Shown here: positions 20,001 through 27,461 of the stretch, in pieces
Layout: the number at the start of each line of letters is the position of its first letter
Numbering within the stretch: position 1 is the stretch's first letter
The notes under the pieces: generated by a model
What the model saw: only the letters and a program-made list of their open reading frames with translations
What the model was told of the DNA's origin: nothing
The model's database searches: none
From: Geobacteraceae bacterium
GTDB taxonomy: Bacteria; Desulfobacterota; Desulfuromonadia; Geobacterales; Pseudopelobacteraceae
Direction: 5' to 3'
Assembly: GCA_025355965.1 (NCBI GenBank)
Contig: JANXYR010000075.1
Span: 6,712-70,711, forward strand
Length of the DNA stretch: 64,000 nucleotides
Made by a program: the position numbers and the translations under genes

Positions 20001-20441
20001 TGCCCCCAGAGGGATTACCAGTTCAAGAGTCCCAGTCACACCAATGATGACGCTCACACGGCCACGGTCATAGGCGCGATCAGCTCCGTAACCGGCGTCC
20101 CGCAGGGCCTGTCCGGCAGTCACGAGTCCAAGGAGCTGGGAGGTATCAATAGCCTCCAGGGTGGCAGGTGGGATGTTGAATTCCATTGGGTTAAACGGAA
20201 TTGAGGAAAGAAATCCGCCCCGTTGTCCGTAGGTCATATCTGGGGATGCGGGATTCTGGTTGTAATAGTCGGCCACGTGCCAATGTGTTGGCGGGATGTC
20301 GGTAATAGCATCGATTCCCTCGCGGATGTTTGCCCAGTAGGCTGTACTGTCTTCAGCCTGGGGAAAATGACAGCCAATTCCGATAATTGCCAGGGCTACT
20401 CCACCAGTGGGGATACTGCTATCCAATTCTTCCTGTTTCAC
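14022..20441 (-). CDS. pfaA: PfaA-like multidomain synthase: KS - MAT - 3x ACP - KR - PKS-type DH
   Basis: - KS VDAACASS at about 19773-19808.
- AT GHSYGE at about 18402-18421.
- Three LGIDSIK ACP motifs.
- KR Rossmann VVVTGGGRGVTAA at about 15712-15750.
- DH HVIDGKAVLP at about 14821-14849.
- Start preferred at GTG 20441 (AAGGAG 8 nt upstream; GTGA overlap with the pfaD stop). The ORF track's GTG at 20450 is the alternative. Confidence 0.9.
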   Translation of the reverse strand: MKQEELDSSIPTGGVALAIIGIGCHFPQAEDSTAYWANIREGIDAITDIPPTHWHVADYYNQNPASPDMTYGQRGGFLSSIPFNPMEFNIPPATLEAIDTSQLLGLVTAGQALRDAGYGADRAYDRGRVSVIIGVTGTLELVIPLGARLGHPHWREALKDAGVDDTTAADVVQRISDSYVPWQENSFPGLLGNVVAGRISKQYDLGGTNCVVDAACASSFSALHLASMELATGKSDMVVTGGIDTFNDIFMYMCFSKTPALSPTGNAKPFDASGDGTILGEGLGLVVIKRLADAERDNDRIYAVIRGVGSSSDGKGEAIYTPSASGQKRAILDAYRRAGVTPESIGLVEAHGTGTKVGDAVEVSALREIYGEADSPWCALGSVKSQIGHTKAASGAAGLIKAALALHHKVIPPTIKVQQPLKEVSDGSTPFYLASKKRPWISPGAPRRAAVSAFGFGGSNFHTVLEEYRPTSSKADWDGNVQILAFSGSDTRSLETALSNISDEQSWSGLRTQAAALRASFDAEAPCRLVLVVERNKTNIKSLCANALAMLRKNPTTAWNNPDGAYYATGQVAGKLGILFPGQGAQYTGMLRDLACTFPEMLATITAAESGFNSKDVAHLTDLIYPTSSFGPNSSKQQEESLRATDVAQPAIGAVSLGALRVLETFGITPEATAGHSYGELTALCAAGRLEETSFHALSRLRGQLMAGGDGDKGSMLAVSAPLADVKHLIEEEKLDLVIANCNAPTQFVLSGRSDEITRAVSACSNHKLVCKQLPVAAAFHSSLVADAAAPLLTALSDIQFAAGNIPVYSNTTAAEYPDNEVSARELLAGQLAQPVEFVAEIEAMHAAGVKTFVEVGPGSRLSGLVKSILGEQTYTVVTVDVSSGKHSGIVDLARCLAQLAVLGHSVQLVKWDEGYTPPKQANAKKPAMTIPICGANYVKPKPKRPPSAPVRPAMQSTSVSNSFGAAPLSHDALAESLRVTREGMSVLQKMQEDTAQLHRRFLEGQETTSRTIQTLLEQQSRILHGGALQAPSQLMAPPVFTPTIATTVAAPVTRPVAIATTAAPLVHSPNADLVTDTLLAVVSEKTGYPIEMLELEMGLDSDLGIDSIKRVEILSALQERLPGSPVIGPEHLGSLHTLGEIANYLGAGMSSSASVQPPIANNVTETLLAVVSEKTGYPIEMLELEMGLDSDLGIDSIKRVEILSALQERLPGSPVIGPEHLGSLHTLGEITNYLGAGMTSAVTVQPSVANNVAETLLAVVSEKTGYPVEMLELEMGLDSDLGIDSIKRVEILSALQELLPGSPAIGPEHLGSLHTLGEIASFLEQGAAAAPIQRSSTTPVTVIKRESERSSGLNRSTVVPVPLTATADTLQLADNGTIWITDDGSSLSGELCTILSTEGHSIRLIRTNEDVDSLPLDNLSGLVIVSPAGGTDDVFLEKAFLLLKKAAPALRLSAEEAGAFFSTVSRLDGSFAFESGSILADPLSGGLAGLVKTAAHEWPKVSCKAIDLGAFPDAAAAAHALSVELFVTGPVEVGLMPAGRIALAPTDLPALTSPAMPPLQPGDVVVVTGGGRGVTAATAIALAEAYRPTLVLLGRSQEPQAEPAWLTPLSGESDIKKAILQQSPGKLHPKEIEERYRSVIAGRELKVTLAGIEAVGGHALYRAVDIRDNDAVNNLLQTIRQEHGPIRGIVHGAGVLADRLISDKTVEQFASVYSTKVIGLRTLLAATVSDDLRFIALFGSTTGRFGRSGQVDYAVANEALNKLAQAESRRRPACHTVCINWGPWDGGMVTPALKKVFSGEGIGLINLAAGGELLAREIAATDAPIEVIAMADTAGIPLSVTTKPLVEAFSLTLTVDDYPFIRSHVIDGKAVLPMAMIVEWLAHGALHGNPGFRFHGFNDLRICKGVTFEQTSSCSLHVLAGRAEKRDSLHYVPVELTSTSDDGRSILHVRAEIVLATKLPEGIRSIVDLPTTPYPQDSGAIYDHDRLFHGPDLHGIEQIGGCSSKGISALVKTAPEPSKWVKQPLRNIWITDPLVIDCAFQLMILWSFERFGSGSLPSFAGRYRQFQDNFPSLGAQIVIRVTAEREHSASADMEFLERKTGKLIARLEGYECVIDPSLEMAFRRNQLSQPGCVVQEAA
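16470..17220 (-). repeat. Three tandem 267-bp (89-aa) ACP-domain repeats inside pfaA
   Basis: The gatggagtcgat / gatggagtcaat Ser-motif core recurs at 16581, 16848 and 17115, exactly 267 nt apart. Protein repeats are LLAVVSEKTGYP(I/V)EMLELEMGLDSDLGIDSIKRVEILSALQE...HLGSLHTLGEI. By eye, most nucleotide differences are at third codon positions. Confidence 0.9.
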
Positions 20442-21901
20442 GAAAGGCACTCCTTGATTTGTGTGTACTCAAGCGGTTGAATATTTAAAGCTTCCGAGGG
20501 GAGTTGGATACCCTGGTAGCGGAGGATGTTGGCACGGGTCAGCTGTGCTGCACCAAAAAGGATATTCAGGGCAACCGTTGCAACGGTCCGCTTTGCGGTG
20601 GTTTCCAGAAAACTGCCGGTAACCCATTCATTGAAGGCACCCATGGCCGGGCCGCACCAGACCTGATAGTCTATCTTGCGTGAACTCTCGCCGTCTTTGG
20701 CCCAGTGGGCCGCCTGTCCCAGATACCAGCGGAAAACCAGCGCCATAAGGTGTTTTGGATCGCGCTCCGCACGTTCAACCTGGCGTGGGTCACGCTCCAG
20801 GAAGTAGCTGCGTGTGTTCTGCCAGATATCGTTCATGCTTGCCTGAAAAACGGTTTTTTCCAATTTTTCACGTTCAGTGACCGGGATATCGTCAATACCG
20901 GCATAGGCACGGTAGATCTCGTACAGTTTGGCCGCCCGCATCGGGAACATAGTGCCGCGTTTCAGAACTTGTACTGTGACTCCCATCTCGAACATATCGG
21001 CAGCAGGCGCCATACTTACGTCAGCCTGGCGTGTCTCGGCCAGCATGCGGCGCACCTCGTCCGATGTGCCGGATTCAATGCAGGCCTGGTTGACCGATCC
21101 GGTCATGATATAGGCGGCGCCCATGGCAAACGCTGCCGCAGCAGCTGCCGGGGTGGCGATGCCACCTCCCAGACCTGCGCGCAATTTCAATGCGTAACCA
21201 TGTTTAGCCTGCATACGGACGGCGACATTCCGGATGGTCGGGAACAGGGCCAGTGCCGGGCGGTTGTCGGTGTGGCCACCTGAATCGGCTTCGGCGGTAA
21301 TCTCCTGGGCAAGCGGGATCCGGGCTGCAAGCTCGGCTTGCTCAGCTGTGATGGCACCTTCGGTAACAAGTTCCATCAGAAACTTTTCAGGTGGAGGGGA
21401 AAAAAACTTTTCGGCAAGTTCTTCTCGCGAAACCTTGGCGATAATTCGATTAGGGGCGACAATTGTGCCGTCGGCGAGACAGTGAATGCCGTGGGTCCGG
21501 TAACGGACCAGATTCAGAGTTAAAGCCAGAAAAGCTGATGCTTCCACCAACCGTACACCTTTGCGGATGTATAATTCGGTCAGGGCTTTTTCCAAGTCCG
21601 GCTCTTGCGGAGAATGAATCAGGTTGAAACCGCAGGGGAACTTGGCACCAGTCAGACGATCTACTGCTGCTTCAACGACGCTGAACGGCAGTCCGGCAGC
21701 GCCGAAGAAGCCAAGCATCCCGGCTCGGCCTAATTCCTCAACCATAGCTACGGAGCTGATTCCTTTTGCCATGGAACCGCCAAGATACGGATAGCGAAGG
21801 CCAAGATCAGTGCAGAAACTTGAGTCACCTAGTCGTTCGCAGATATTTTTCAGGCTTTCTGACGTTCCGAGTGCGTAATTTTGTATTGATATTGCTTCCA
21901 A
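20438..21901 (-). CDS. pfaD: PfaD-like trans-acting enoyl reductase (nitronate-monooxygenase / 2-nitropropane-dioxygenase fold)
   Basis: 487 aa. The sequence style (GGSMAKGISSVAMVEELGRAGMLGFFGAAG, GGIATPAAAAAAFAMGAAYIMTGSVNQ) is typical of PfaD. First gene of the operon. Confidence 0.9.
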   Translation of the reverse strand: MEAISIQNYALGTSESLKNICERLGDSSFCTDLGLRYPYLGGSMAKGISSVAMVEELGRAGMLGFFGAAGLPFSVVEAAVDRLTGAKFPCGFNLIHSPQEPDLEKALTELYIRKGVRLVEASAFLALTLNLVRYRTHGIHCLADGTIVAPNRIIAKVSREELAEKFFSPPPEKFLMELVTEGAITAEQAELAARIPLAQEITAEADSGGHTDNRPALALFPTIRNVAVRMQAKHGYALKLRAGLGGGIATPAAAAAAFAMGAAYIMTGSVNQACIESGTSDEVRRMLAETRQADVSMAPAADMFEMGVTVQVLKRGTMFPMRAAKLYEIYRAYAGIDDIPVTEREKLEKTVFQASMNDIWQNTRSYFLERDPRQVERAERDPKHLMALVFRWYLGQAAHWAKDGESSRKIDYQVWCGPAMGAFNEWVTGSFLETTAKRTVATVALNILFGAAQLTRANILRYQGIQLPSEALNIQPLEYTQIKECLS

Positions 21902-22233
21902 TGGTAAATCTCCAAGTTATTGCTTCCGGGTGCTCTGGATGGACACTTTCCTGTCTTTAAGAAGAGTGGCAACTGGATGCCCATAATCTGATCAAAGTAA
22001 ACGTCTAAAAATATATGAATTGGAATAATAATACAAGAAAATGACTTGCTAACGATCAAATTTACTTAAAAAAAATGAGGTTGCGTGGGATTTAAAAAAA
22101 GCGACCAGATAGTAGGCGTTTTAGGAGTCTGGATTGTTGGAGAGGACGATGCAATTGAATCAAACTGCTCAGAGTCCGTTTATTGCTGGGAAAATGAGTG
22201 CATTTTTCGCACTTGATGATGGATATGGCTGAT

Positions 22234-23568
22234 TTAACCCAAAAAATCCAATGCTTCTTTGTGCATATATTTTACCTGCCCAATCTGCTCGTTAATACTA
22301 TCCTGCTCTATTTCGTTATATCTAGAATTTGACTCTGAATATCTATTGCATTGTGCCATGCTGAGAAATATCTCGCCGTTTGTCCCCGGTTGATCACTTG
22401 TATGCGCCATAGAGTTGGCCAGATAGACTAACTCAACCATGCTTCTGTTTGTTGTCGCTTTGCTAGGTGAGTGGTGATAGCGGATACATTCCTGTATGTC
22501 TTCACCAAAATTCCATTTTTTTGCAAGCAGATACCCAATTTCTGTATGATTTTCCTCGACCACCTTAGCTCTAAGCTTGATGGGTAGCGTATAATCGTTA
22601 AGCATATCAAGCATTACGGTTTTGCCGATATCGTGCAGTAGCCCACAAATGAAGGCTAATTCATAATCAGAGGACATGTCACGAGCAATTTGACGGGCAA
22701 TCATTGCGCATACCAGGCTATGACTCAGTATCATCCTCACTTCACCAGTGTTTTTGGGACTAAAACTACTGAGAGCATGTACCGCTACAATACTCAACAA
22801 TGACTTCAGGCCAATAAGAACTACTGCTTCTTTTATCGTAGATATTTTTGCGGCGGTTTTGTAATAAGGTGAATTACAAATTCTGAGAATCTTGGCTACG
22901 AGTATCTGATCATTGATGCAGTCGACTATTTTTTCAATAGAGGCATTTGGATCTTCGATTTTTTCTTGGATCTGCCGGATAATGTCCGGGACGGCTGGGA
23001 GATCAATGTTGCCGGTCATGATATTGTTTTTGAGTTTATCTACAACAAAACTTATATCTGTTGTGTTTCCCTTCCTTGATTCATCGAATTTATTTACTGA
23101 TTCCATTAGTAGCATAGAGGAATCCATCTTTATCGGACCATGCAGTACAGAGCTTGGTATATCAGAATTAAATTCAAATTCACCGGATTGCCATTTAAGA
23201 ACATCAAGCACTGCAGACAGCGCAATATGGCGGATTATTTTTTTCATAATTTCTTTACTGATAATATTTTCAGAAATCAAATAGCCGATAAAAGGTAGCC
23301 CCAGTCTATCGGCGATTGAATTTTTTTCTTGAAGATCCTGCAGACTCAAATGTGATTCAAGCATAAGAAAGTCATCAAGAAGTTCGTCATTAAGCCCTGA
23401 ATCAACTAATATGATCTTGCCGTCCTGAAAGTAGAACTTTTTTTGCAGCCCATCATAAGAGAGGACAAGAGTTCCAGTGCGCTTGCTGTTGTCAGCCCAC
23501 TGGATCAAGTCTAATATTGAAATAAAACTGAGATATCCGTGCATGGTTTGCATATCAACACCTGTCAT
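22234..23568 (-). CDS. DUF4388 (PATAN-associated, receiver-like) + HDOD domain protein
   Basis: N-terminus ILDLIQWADNSKRTGTLVL is typical of DUF4388. The C-terminal HDOD-like region has ILRICNSPYY and GLLHDIGK. The start is uncertain: ATGs at codons 1, 6 and 9, and only the one at codon 6 has an AGGTG-like SD. Confidence 0.75.
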   Translation of the reverse strand: MTGVDMQTMHGYLSFISILDLIQWADNSKRTGTLVLSYDGLQKKFYFQDGKIILVDSGLNDELLDDFLMLESHLSLQDLQEKNSIADRLGLPFIGYLISENIISKEIMKKIIRHIALSAVLDVLKWQSGEFEFNSDIPSSVLHGPIKMDSSMLLMESVNKFDESRKGNTTDISFVVDKLKNNIMTGNIDLPAVPDIIRQIQEKIEDPNASIEKIVDCINDQILVAKILRICNSPYYKTAAKISTIKEAVVLIGLKSLLSIVAVHALSSFSPKNTGEVRMILSHSLVCAMIARQIARDMSSDYELAFICGLLHDIGKTVMLDMLNDYTLPIKLRAKVVEENHTEIGYLLAKKWNFGEDIQECIRYHHSPSKATTNRSMVELVYLANSMAHTSDQPGTNGEIFLSMAQCNRYSESNSRYNEIEQDSINEQIGQVKYMHKEALDFLG

Positions 23569-23694
23569 ATATTTTGCTCAATATGACATTAAATATAAAT
23601 TTTTCAATTTTTTATTTTAAAATTAATGAACTATTTTTTGCATATTGATCTTTACATTATTCAATCAGGTGTTTTTGAAAAGAATTATACAGAA

Positions 23695-23727
23695 ACGGCC
23701 TCCGGAATTATTCATTCCGGAGGCCGT
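23695..23727 (-). terminator. htpG terminator hairpin (potentially bidirectional)
   Basis: Perfect 14-bp inverted repeat acggcctccggaat (23695-23708) / attccggaggccgt (23714-23727) with loop tattc. T-rich sequence follows on both strands. Confidence 0.6.
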
Positions 23728-23757
23728 GTAGTTTTTATAAAATTTGCTTGAATAGTG

Positions 23758-25692
23758 CTAAAGAGCAGCTTTGACCATCAGGTCACTTACCAGTTTGGTA
23801 AAACGGAGCGGATCTTTGATTGTAGAGCCTTCCGTCAGAAGAGCCTGATCGTAAAGCAGGTCGGCATAATCTGCAAGCGCGGCTGCCGAGGCATCTTTCT
23901 GGTGGATTGATGCCATCGCCTTCAAGATTGCATGGTCAGGGTTCAGTTCCAGAATTCGTTTTGACTCAGGAACAGTCTGGTTCATGGCCTTCATGATGCG
24001 CTCCATGTTGGCGTTCATGCCATATTCATCAGCAACCAGGCAGCAGGCGCTGTCAGTCAGGCGGTTGGAGAAACGCACCTCCTTGACCTTATCCTTCAAG
24101 CGATCACTCATCAGGGAGATAAGATCACTGAACTCCTTCTGAGCTTCTTCGCGCTTCTTTTCCTTTACCTGCTTCTCTTCTTCACTGTCGAGACTGATAT
24201 CGCCGCGGTCAACCGCTTTGAGGTGCTTTTCATCATACTCGGTCAGGGATTGAACAACCCATTCATCGACCGGATCGGTCAAAAATAGGACTTCAAAGCC
24301 CTTGGCGCGGAACGCCTCCAAGTGTGGTGACTGCTCAAGTGTCTCACGACTTGCGCCGGTAATGTAGAAAATGTCTTTCTGACCTTCTGGCATCCGGGCA
24401 ACATATTCTTTCAGGCAAACAAAAGAGCCAGCTTCGGTAGAAGTGCTTTCAAACAGCACCAGCTCCTGCAGCTTTTCTTTGTTGGCGTAGTCAAAGTGCA
24501 TTCCCTCCTTGATGACCTGACCAAATTCCTTCCAGAAGGCAACGTATTGGTCGAAGTTTTGCTCCTTAACTTCTGAAAGTGTCGAAAGAATCTTACCAAC
24601 CAGGCTCTTCTGGATGCGCTTGATCTGCACATCTTCCTGAAGAATTTCGCGGGACACATTCAACGGCAGATCGGACGAATCTACGACACCTTTGACGAAA
24701 CGGAGGTAGTCCGGGATCAGCTCTTCGCACTTGTCGCTGATAAAAACACGGCGCACATAAAGCTGAAGACCCTTCTTGCGATCATTCATGAACATATCGA
24801 ACGGTTTCTTGGCCGGCAGATAGAGCAGAGCCTTGAATTCGCTGGCTCCTTCCGCGGAAAAATGAATCGTGCGGAACGGTGCATCGTAATCGTGGGAAAC
24901 GTGCTTGTAGAACTCGGTGTATTCTTCTTCGGTAACGTCGCTCTTGGCACGTGCCCAGATTGCTTTCATCGAGTTAAGTGTCTGTTCTTCGGTCTTATCG
25001 ATGGTACCGGCTCCCTCAATTTCCTTGCCGTCGGCGTCTTTCACCGTCTCTGAGCGGGTAACATCCATGACAACCGGATACTGGATGTAGTCGGAGTACT
25101 TTTTGACGATCGAGCGAATTTTCCATTCGTCCAGATACTGTTTGAACTCTTCCTTTAGGTGCAGTGTGATTTCGGTGCCGCGCTGTTCGCGGGTACACTC
25201 TTCGACTGTATAGCTACCGTCACCTGTAGATTCCCAACGGCAACCGTCTGTGGCTGCTCCACCCTTGCGGGTCTCCATTGTTACCCGGTCCGCAACCATA
25301 AATGAGGCATAAAAACCGACGCCGAACTGACCGATCATCTCGGGATTGTCACTTGCGACCTTTTCTTTCAGAGACTGCATGAATGCCTTGGTGCCGGAGC
25401 GGGCGATGGTGCCGATGTTCTCTTCTACTTCGGCCATATTCATGCCGATACCGTTGTCGCGGATAATCAGCGTGCCGGCTTCTTTGTCAGCAATCAGTTT
25501 GATCTTCCAGTCACTGTTGCCTTCCAGAAGTGCTTCGTCTGAATGTGATTCAAAACGTATTTTGTCGATGGCATCCGAGGCGTTGGAAATCAGTTCGCGG
25601 AGAAAGATGTCTTTGTTGGAATAGAGTGAGTGGATTACCAGATCGAGTAATTGCTGCACTTCAGTCTGGAACTGTTTGGTGGTTTTGGACAT
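23758..25692 (-). CDS. htpG: Molecular chaperone HtpG (Hsp90)
   Basis: [34 protein letters not shown] and GQFGVGFYS. Start moved to ATG 25692 (MSKTTKQ), with GGAG about 13 nt upstream. The ORF-track extension to 25746 adds 18 atypical residues. Confidence 0.95.
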   Translation of the reverse strand: MSKTTKQFQTEVQQLLDLVIHSLYSNKDIFLRELISNASDAIDKIRFESHSDEALLEGNSDWKIKLIADKEAGTLIIRDNGIGMNMAEVEENIGTIARSGTKAFMQSLKEKVASDNPEMIGQFGVGFYASFMVADRVTMETRKGGAATDGCRWESTGDGSYTVEECTREQRGTEITLHLKEEFKQYLDEWKIRSIVKKYSDYIQYPVVMDVTRSETVKDADGKEIEGAGTIDKTEEQTLNSMKAIWARAKSDVTEEEYTEFYKHVSHDYDAPFRTIHFSAEGASEFKALLYLPAKKPFDMFMNDRKKGLQLYVRRVFISDKCEELIPDYLRFVKGVVDSSDLPLNVSREILQEDVQIKRIQKSLVGKILSTLSEVKEQNFDQYVAFWKEFGQVIKEGMHFDYANKEKLQELVLFESTSTEAGSFVCLKEYVARMPEGQKDIFYITGASRETLEQSPHLEAFRAKGFEVLFLTDPVDEWVVQSLTEYDEKHLKAVDRGDISLDSEEEKQVKEKKREEAQKEFSDLISLMSDRLKDKVKEVRFSNRLTDSACCLVADEYGMNANMERIMKAMNQTVPESKRILELNPDHAILKAMASIHQKDASAAALADYADLLYDQALLTEGSTIKDPLRFTKLVSDLMVKAAL

Positions 25693-25735
25693 AATTGTTG
25701 CGTCTCCTTCAGCGTGATGGAATCTCAATAACATC

Positions 25736-25764
25736 AACATAATCATAATGTGTCAGGTTTTCAA
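25736..25764 (-). promoter_or_regulatory. Candidate htpG promoter
   Basis: On the minus strand: CCCCCCTTGAAA (-35 TTGAAA = 25759-25764), 17 nt, then TATGTT (25736-25741). The -35 matches the E. coli sigma-32 CCCTTGAA core, but I see no CCCCAT-type -10 at proper spacing. Confidence 0.3.
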
Positions 25765-25919
25765 GGGGGGTAAATGTAAAAAACCGGATTCATTAAACGA
25801 CCGGCCAGTCTCTATACGCAATTGATTCTAAAATCAGTTGTGTTATAGTTCACAGCTGACAAGTCGGAACTAGATTTTGTTGAAATATTATTCAAACTAT
25901 TCAAGGGAGTAATACGCAG

Positions 25920-27155
25920 ATGAAAAGTAAGCATGATATTGATGACGATGACATGATGGAAGAGGCTGAAGAGGTTGAAGATGGCAGCTTTGCCGAACTG
26001 TTTGAACAGGATGGCAAACAGTCTAAGAGATGGCTGGAACCGGGGCAGAAGCTGACCGGCATGGTACTGAAGATAGGTAACGAATTTATCTTCATGGATA
26101 CCGGCCAGAAGGGGGAGGGGGTCATCGAACGAAAGGAATTTCTGGATATCGACGGCAATCTTACCGTCAAGGAAGGGGACGAAATATCCGCATATTTCCT
26201 CTCGTCAAGCCACGGCGAGATGCGCTTCACGACGAGAATCGGCGGTGGCGCTTCAGGCGGCGGAACGGCCCAACTTGAACAGGCCTGGCAAGCAGGAGTA
26301 CCGGTTGAAGGGGTTGTGGAGAAAGAGATCAAGGGTGGGTATGAAATAAAACTGGGTACGTCCCGTGCGTTCTGTCCGTATTCCCAGATTGCGCTACGTC
26401 GCGTTGAGAACCCTGAGGCGCTTATCGGCACACGCCTGACGTTTCAAATCAGTGAATACGCAGAAAATGGTCGTAATATCATCGTCTCCCGCCGCTCGTT
26501 GCTGGAGGATGAACAACGACGTCTGAAAGATGAAGCACAGGCTGGCATCAGTGAAGGGATGACGGTAGTTGGAACGGTAACGTCCCTGCAGGATTATGGT
26601 GCCTTCGTTGATATAGGCGGCCTGGAAGGGCTTCTTCCTATATCCGAGATCGGTTGGAGCCGGGTAAAAGATATCCGCGAAGTCCTGACTGTCGGTCAGC
26701 AACTGAAAGTTGTTATCAAAACAATCGACAAGGAAAAGGAACGAATTTCCCTAAGTATCAAGGATACGCTTATTGATCCGTGGGAGCAGGTTTCTGCCAA
26801 GTTTCCGGAAGGATCGTTTCATACCGGGACAGTTGCACGTCTCGACACTTTTGGTGCGTTTGTTACCATAAGTGACGGAGTAGATGGCTTGCTTCACATA
26901 TCGAAACTAGGCGCCGGCAAGCGGATCAATCACCCTCGTGAGGTTGTTAAGGAAGGTGAACAGATTGAAGTCAGGATTGAGAGTATCGATAGTGGCAACC
27001 GTCGCATTTCGCTCGCTCTGGCTGGCCCGGCCCGTGCTGCCGCTGAGGAAGAGGCCACAATGACGGAATTTCGTCGTCAGGCAGATGATGGGCCTAAAGG
27101 GATGGGGACATTAGCGGATATGTTGCGAACCAAGGTTCAGAGAGGTAAGAAATAA
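25920..27155 (+). CDS. S1 RNA-binding-domain protein (acidic N-terminus + several S1 repeats)
   Basis: Repeated S1-type segments (G.V..i...G.fvd.gg..GllhiSe), e.g. GTVTSLQDYGAFVDIGGLEGLLPISE and GTVARLDTFGAFVTISDGVDGLLHISK. At 411 aa it is shorter than a canonical RpsA. Confidence 0.8.
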   Translation: MKSKHDIDDDDMMEEAEEVEDGSFAELFEQDGKQSKRWLEPGQKLTGMVLKIGNEFIFMDTGQKGEGVIERKEFLDIDGNLTVKEGDEISAYFLSSSHGEMRFTTRIGGGASGGGTAQLEQAWQAGVPVEGVVEKEIKGGYEIKLGTSRAFCPYSQIALRRVENPEALIGTRLTFQISEYAENGRNIIVSRRSLLEDEQRRLKDEAQAGISEGMTVVGTVTSLQDYGAFVDIGGLEGLLPISEIGWSRVKDIREVLTVGQQLKVVIKTIDKEKERISLSIKDTLIDPWEQVSAKFPEGSFHTGTVARLDTFGAFVTISDGVDGLLHISKLGAGKRINHPREVVKEGEQIEVRIESIDSGNRRISLALAGPARAAAEEEATMTEFRRQADDGPKGMGTLADMLRTKVQRGKK

Positions 27156-27452
27156 GTGACGGTTGATTTGCTTGCCGAAGATGCTAATTGGGACAGCCAC
27201 TGCAAACAGTGCGGGGAATGCTGTTTTGAAAAAATCGAGGATGAGCGCGGTAATATATTCTACACCAGGACCGCCTGTCGTTTTTTAGACGTGGTCAGCC
27301 GCCGGTGCAAAATTTTTGAGCGGCGTTTTGAAATAAATCCAAGCTGTATAAAGCTGACTCCGGAACTGGTTCAGACCTTGCGATGGCTTCCCCGTGACTG
27401 TGGGTATCATCGCAAGACTGAACCTGCCAAGGAAGTTAGGAAAAAGCGATAG
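27156..27452 (+). CDS. YkgJ/UPF0153-type cysteine-cluster protein
   Basis: CxxCxxCC motif (CKQCGECC). GTG start immediately after the S1-gene stop. Confidence 0.6.
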   Translation: MTVDLLAEDANWDSHCKQCGECCFEKIEDERGNIFYTRTACRFLDVVSRRCKIFERRFEINPSCIKLTPELVQTLRWLPRDCGYHRKTEPAKEVRKKR

Positions 27453-27461
27453 TTTTTATAT

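Noticed and set aside
7580-20204. Dozens of 60-320-aa ORFs on both strands inside pfaA/pfaC (e.g. 8014..8976 +, 9973..10530 +, 15922..16644 +, 18585..19067 +).
   Set aside because: They lie entirely within two very long ORFs that show clear multidomain synthase motifs. Their translations are Arg/Pro/Gly/Ser-rich shadow-frame products typical of GC-rich antisense or offset frames. The 8014 ORF's ...LTPALSRWERGKS... is just the REP-like palindrome read in another frame.
21967-21980. TGGCAA-N-...TGC resembling a sigma-54 -24/-12 element upstream of the pfa operon.
   Set aside because: It is on the plus strand, the wrong orientation for the minus-strand operon. The GG-to-GC spacing is 9 rather than 10 nt.
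25736-25771. Sigma-32 heat-shock promoter for htpG (CCCCCCTTGAAA), and an analogous CTTGAC upstream of clpB (45836-45841).
   Set aside because: The -35 parts look good, but I cannot find a CCCCAT-type -10 at 13-17 nt spacing in either case. Only sigma-70-like -10 hexamers (TATGTT; TAACTT) sit at 17 nt. No CIRCE inverted repeat was seen either. Kept only as low-confidence generic promoters.
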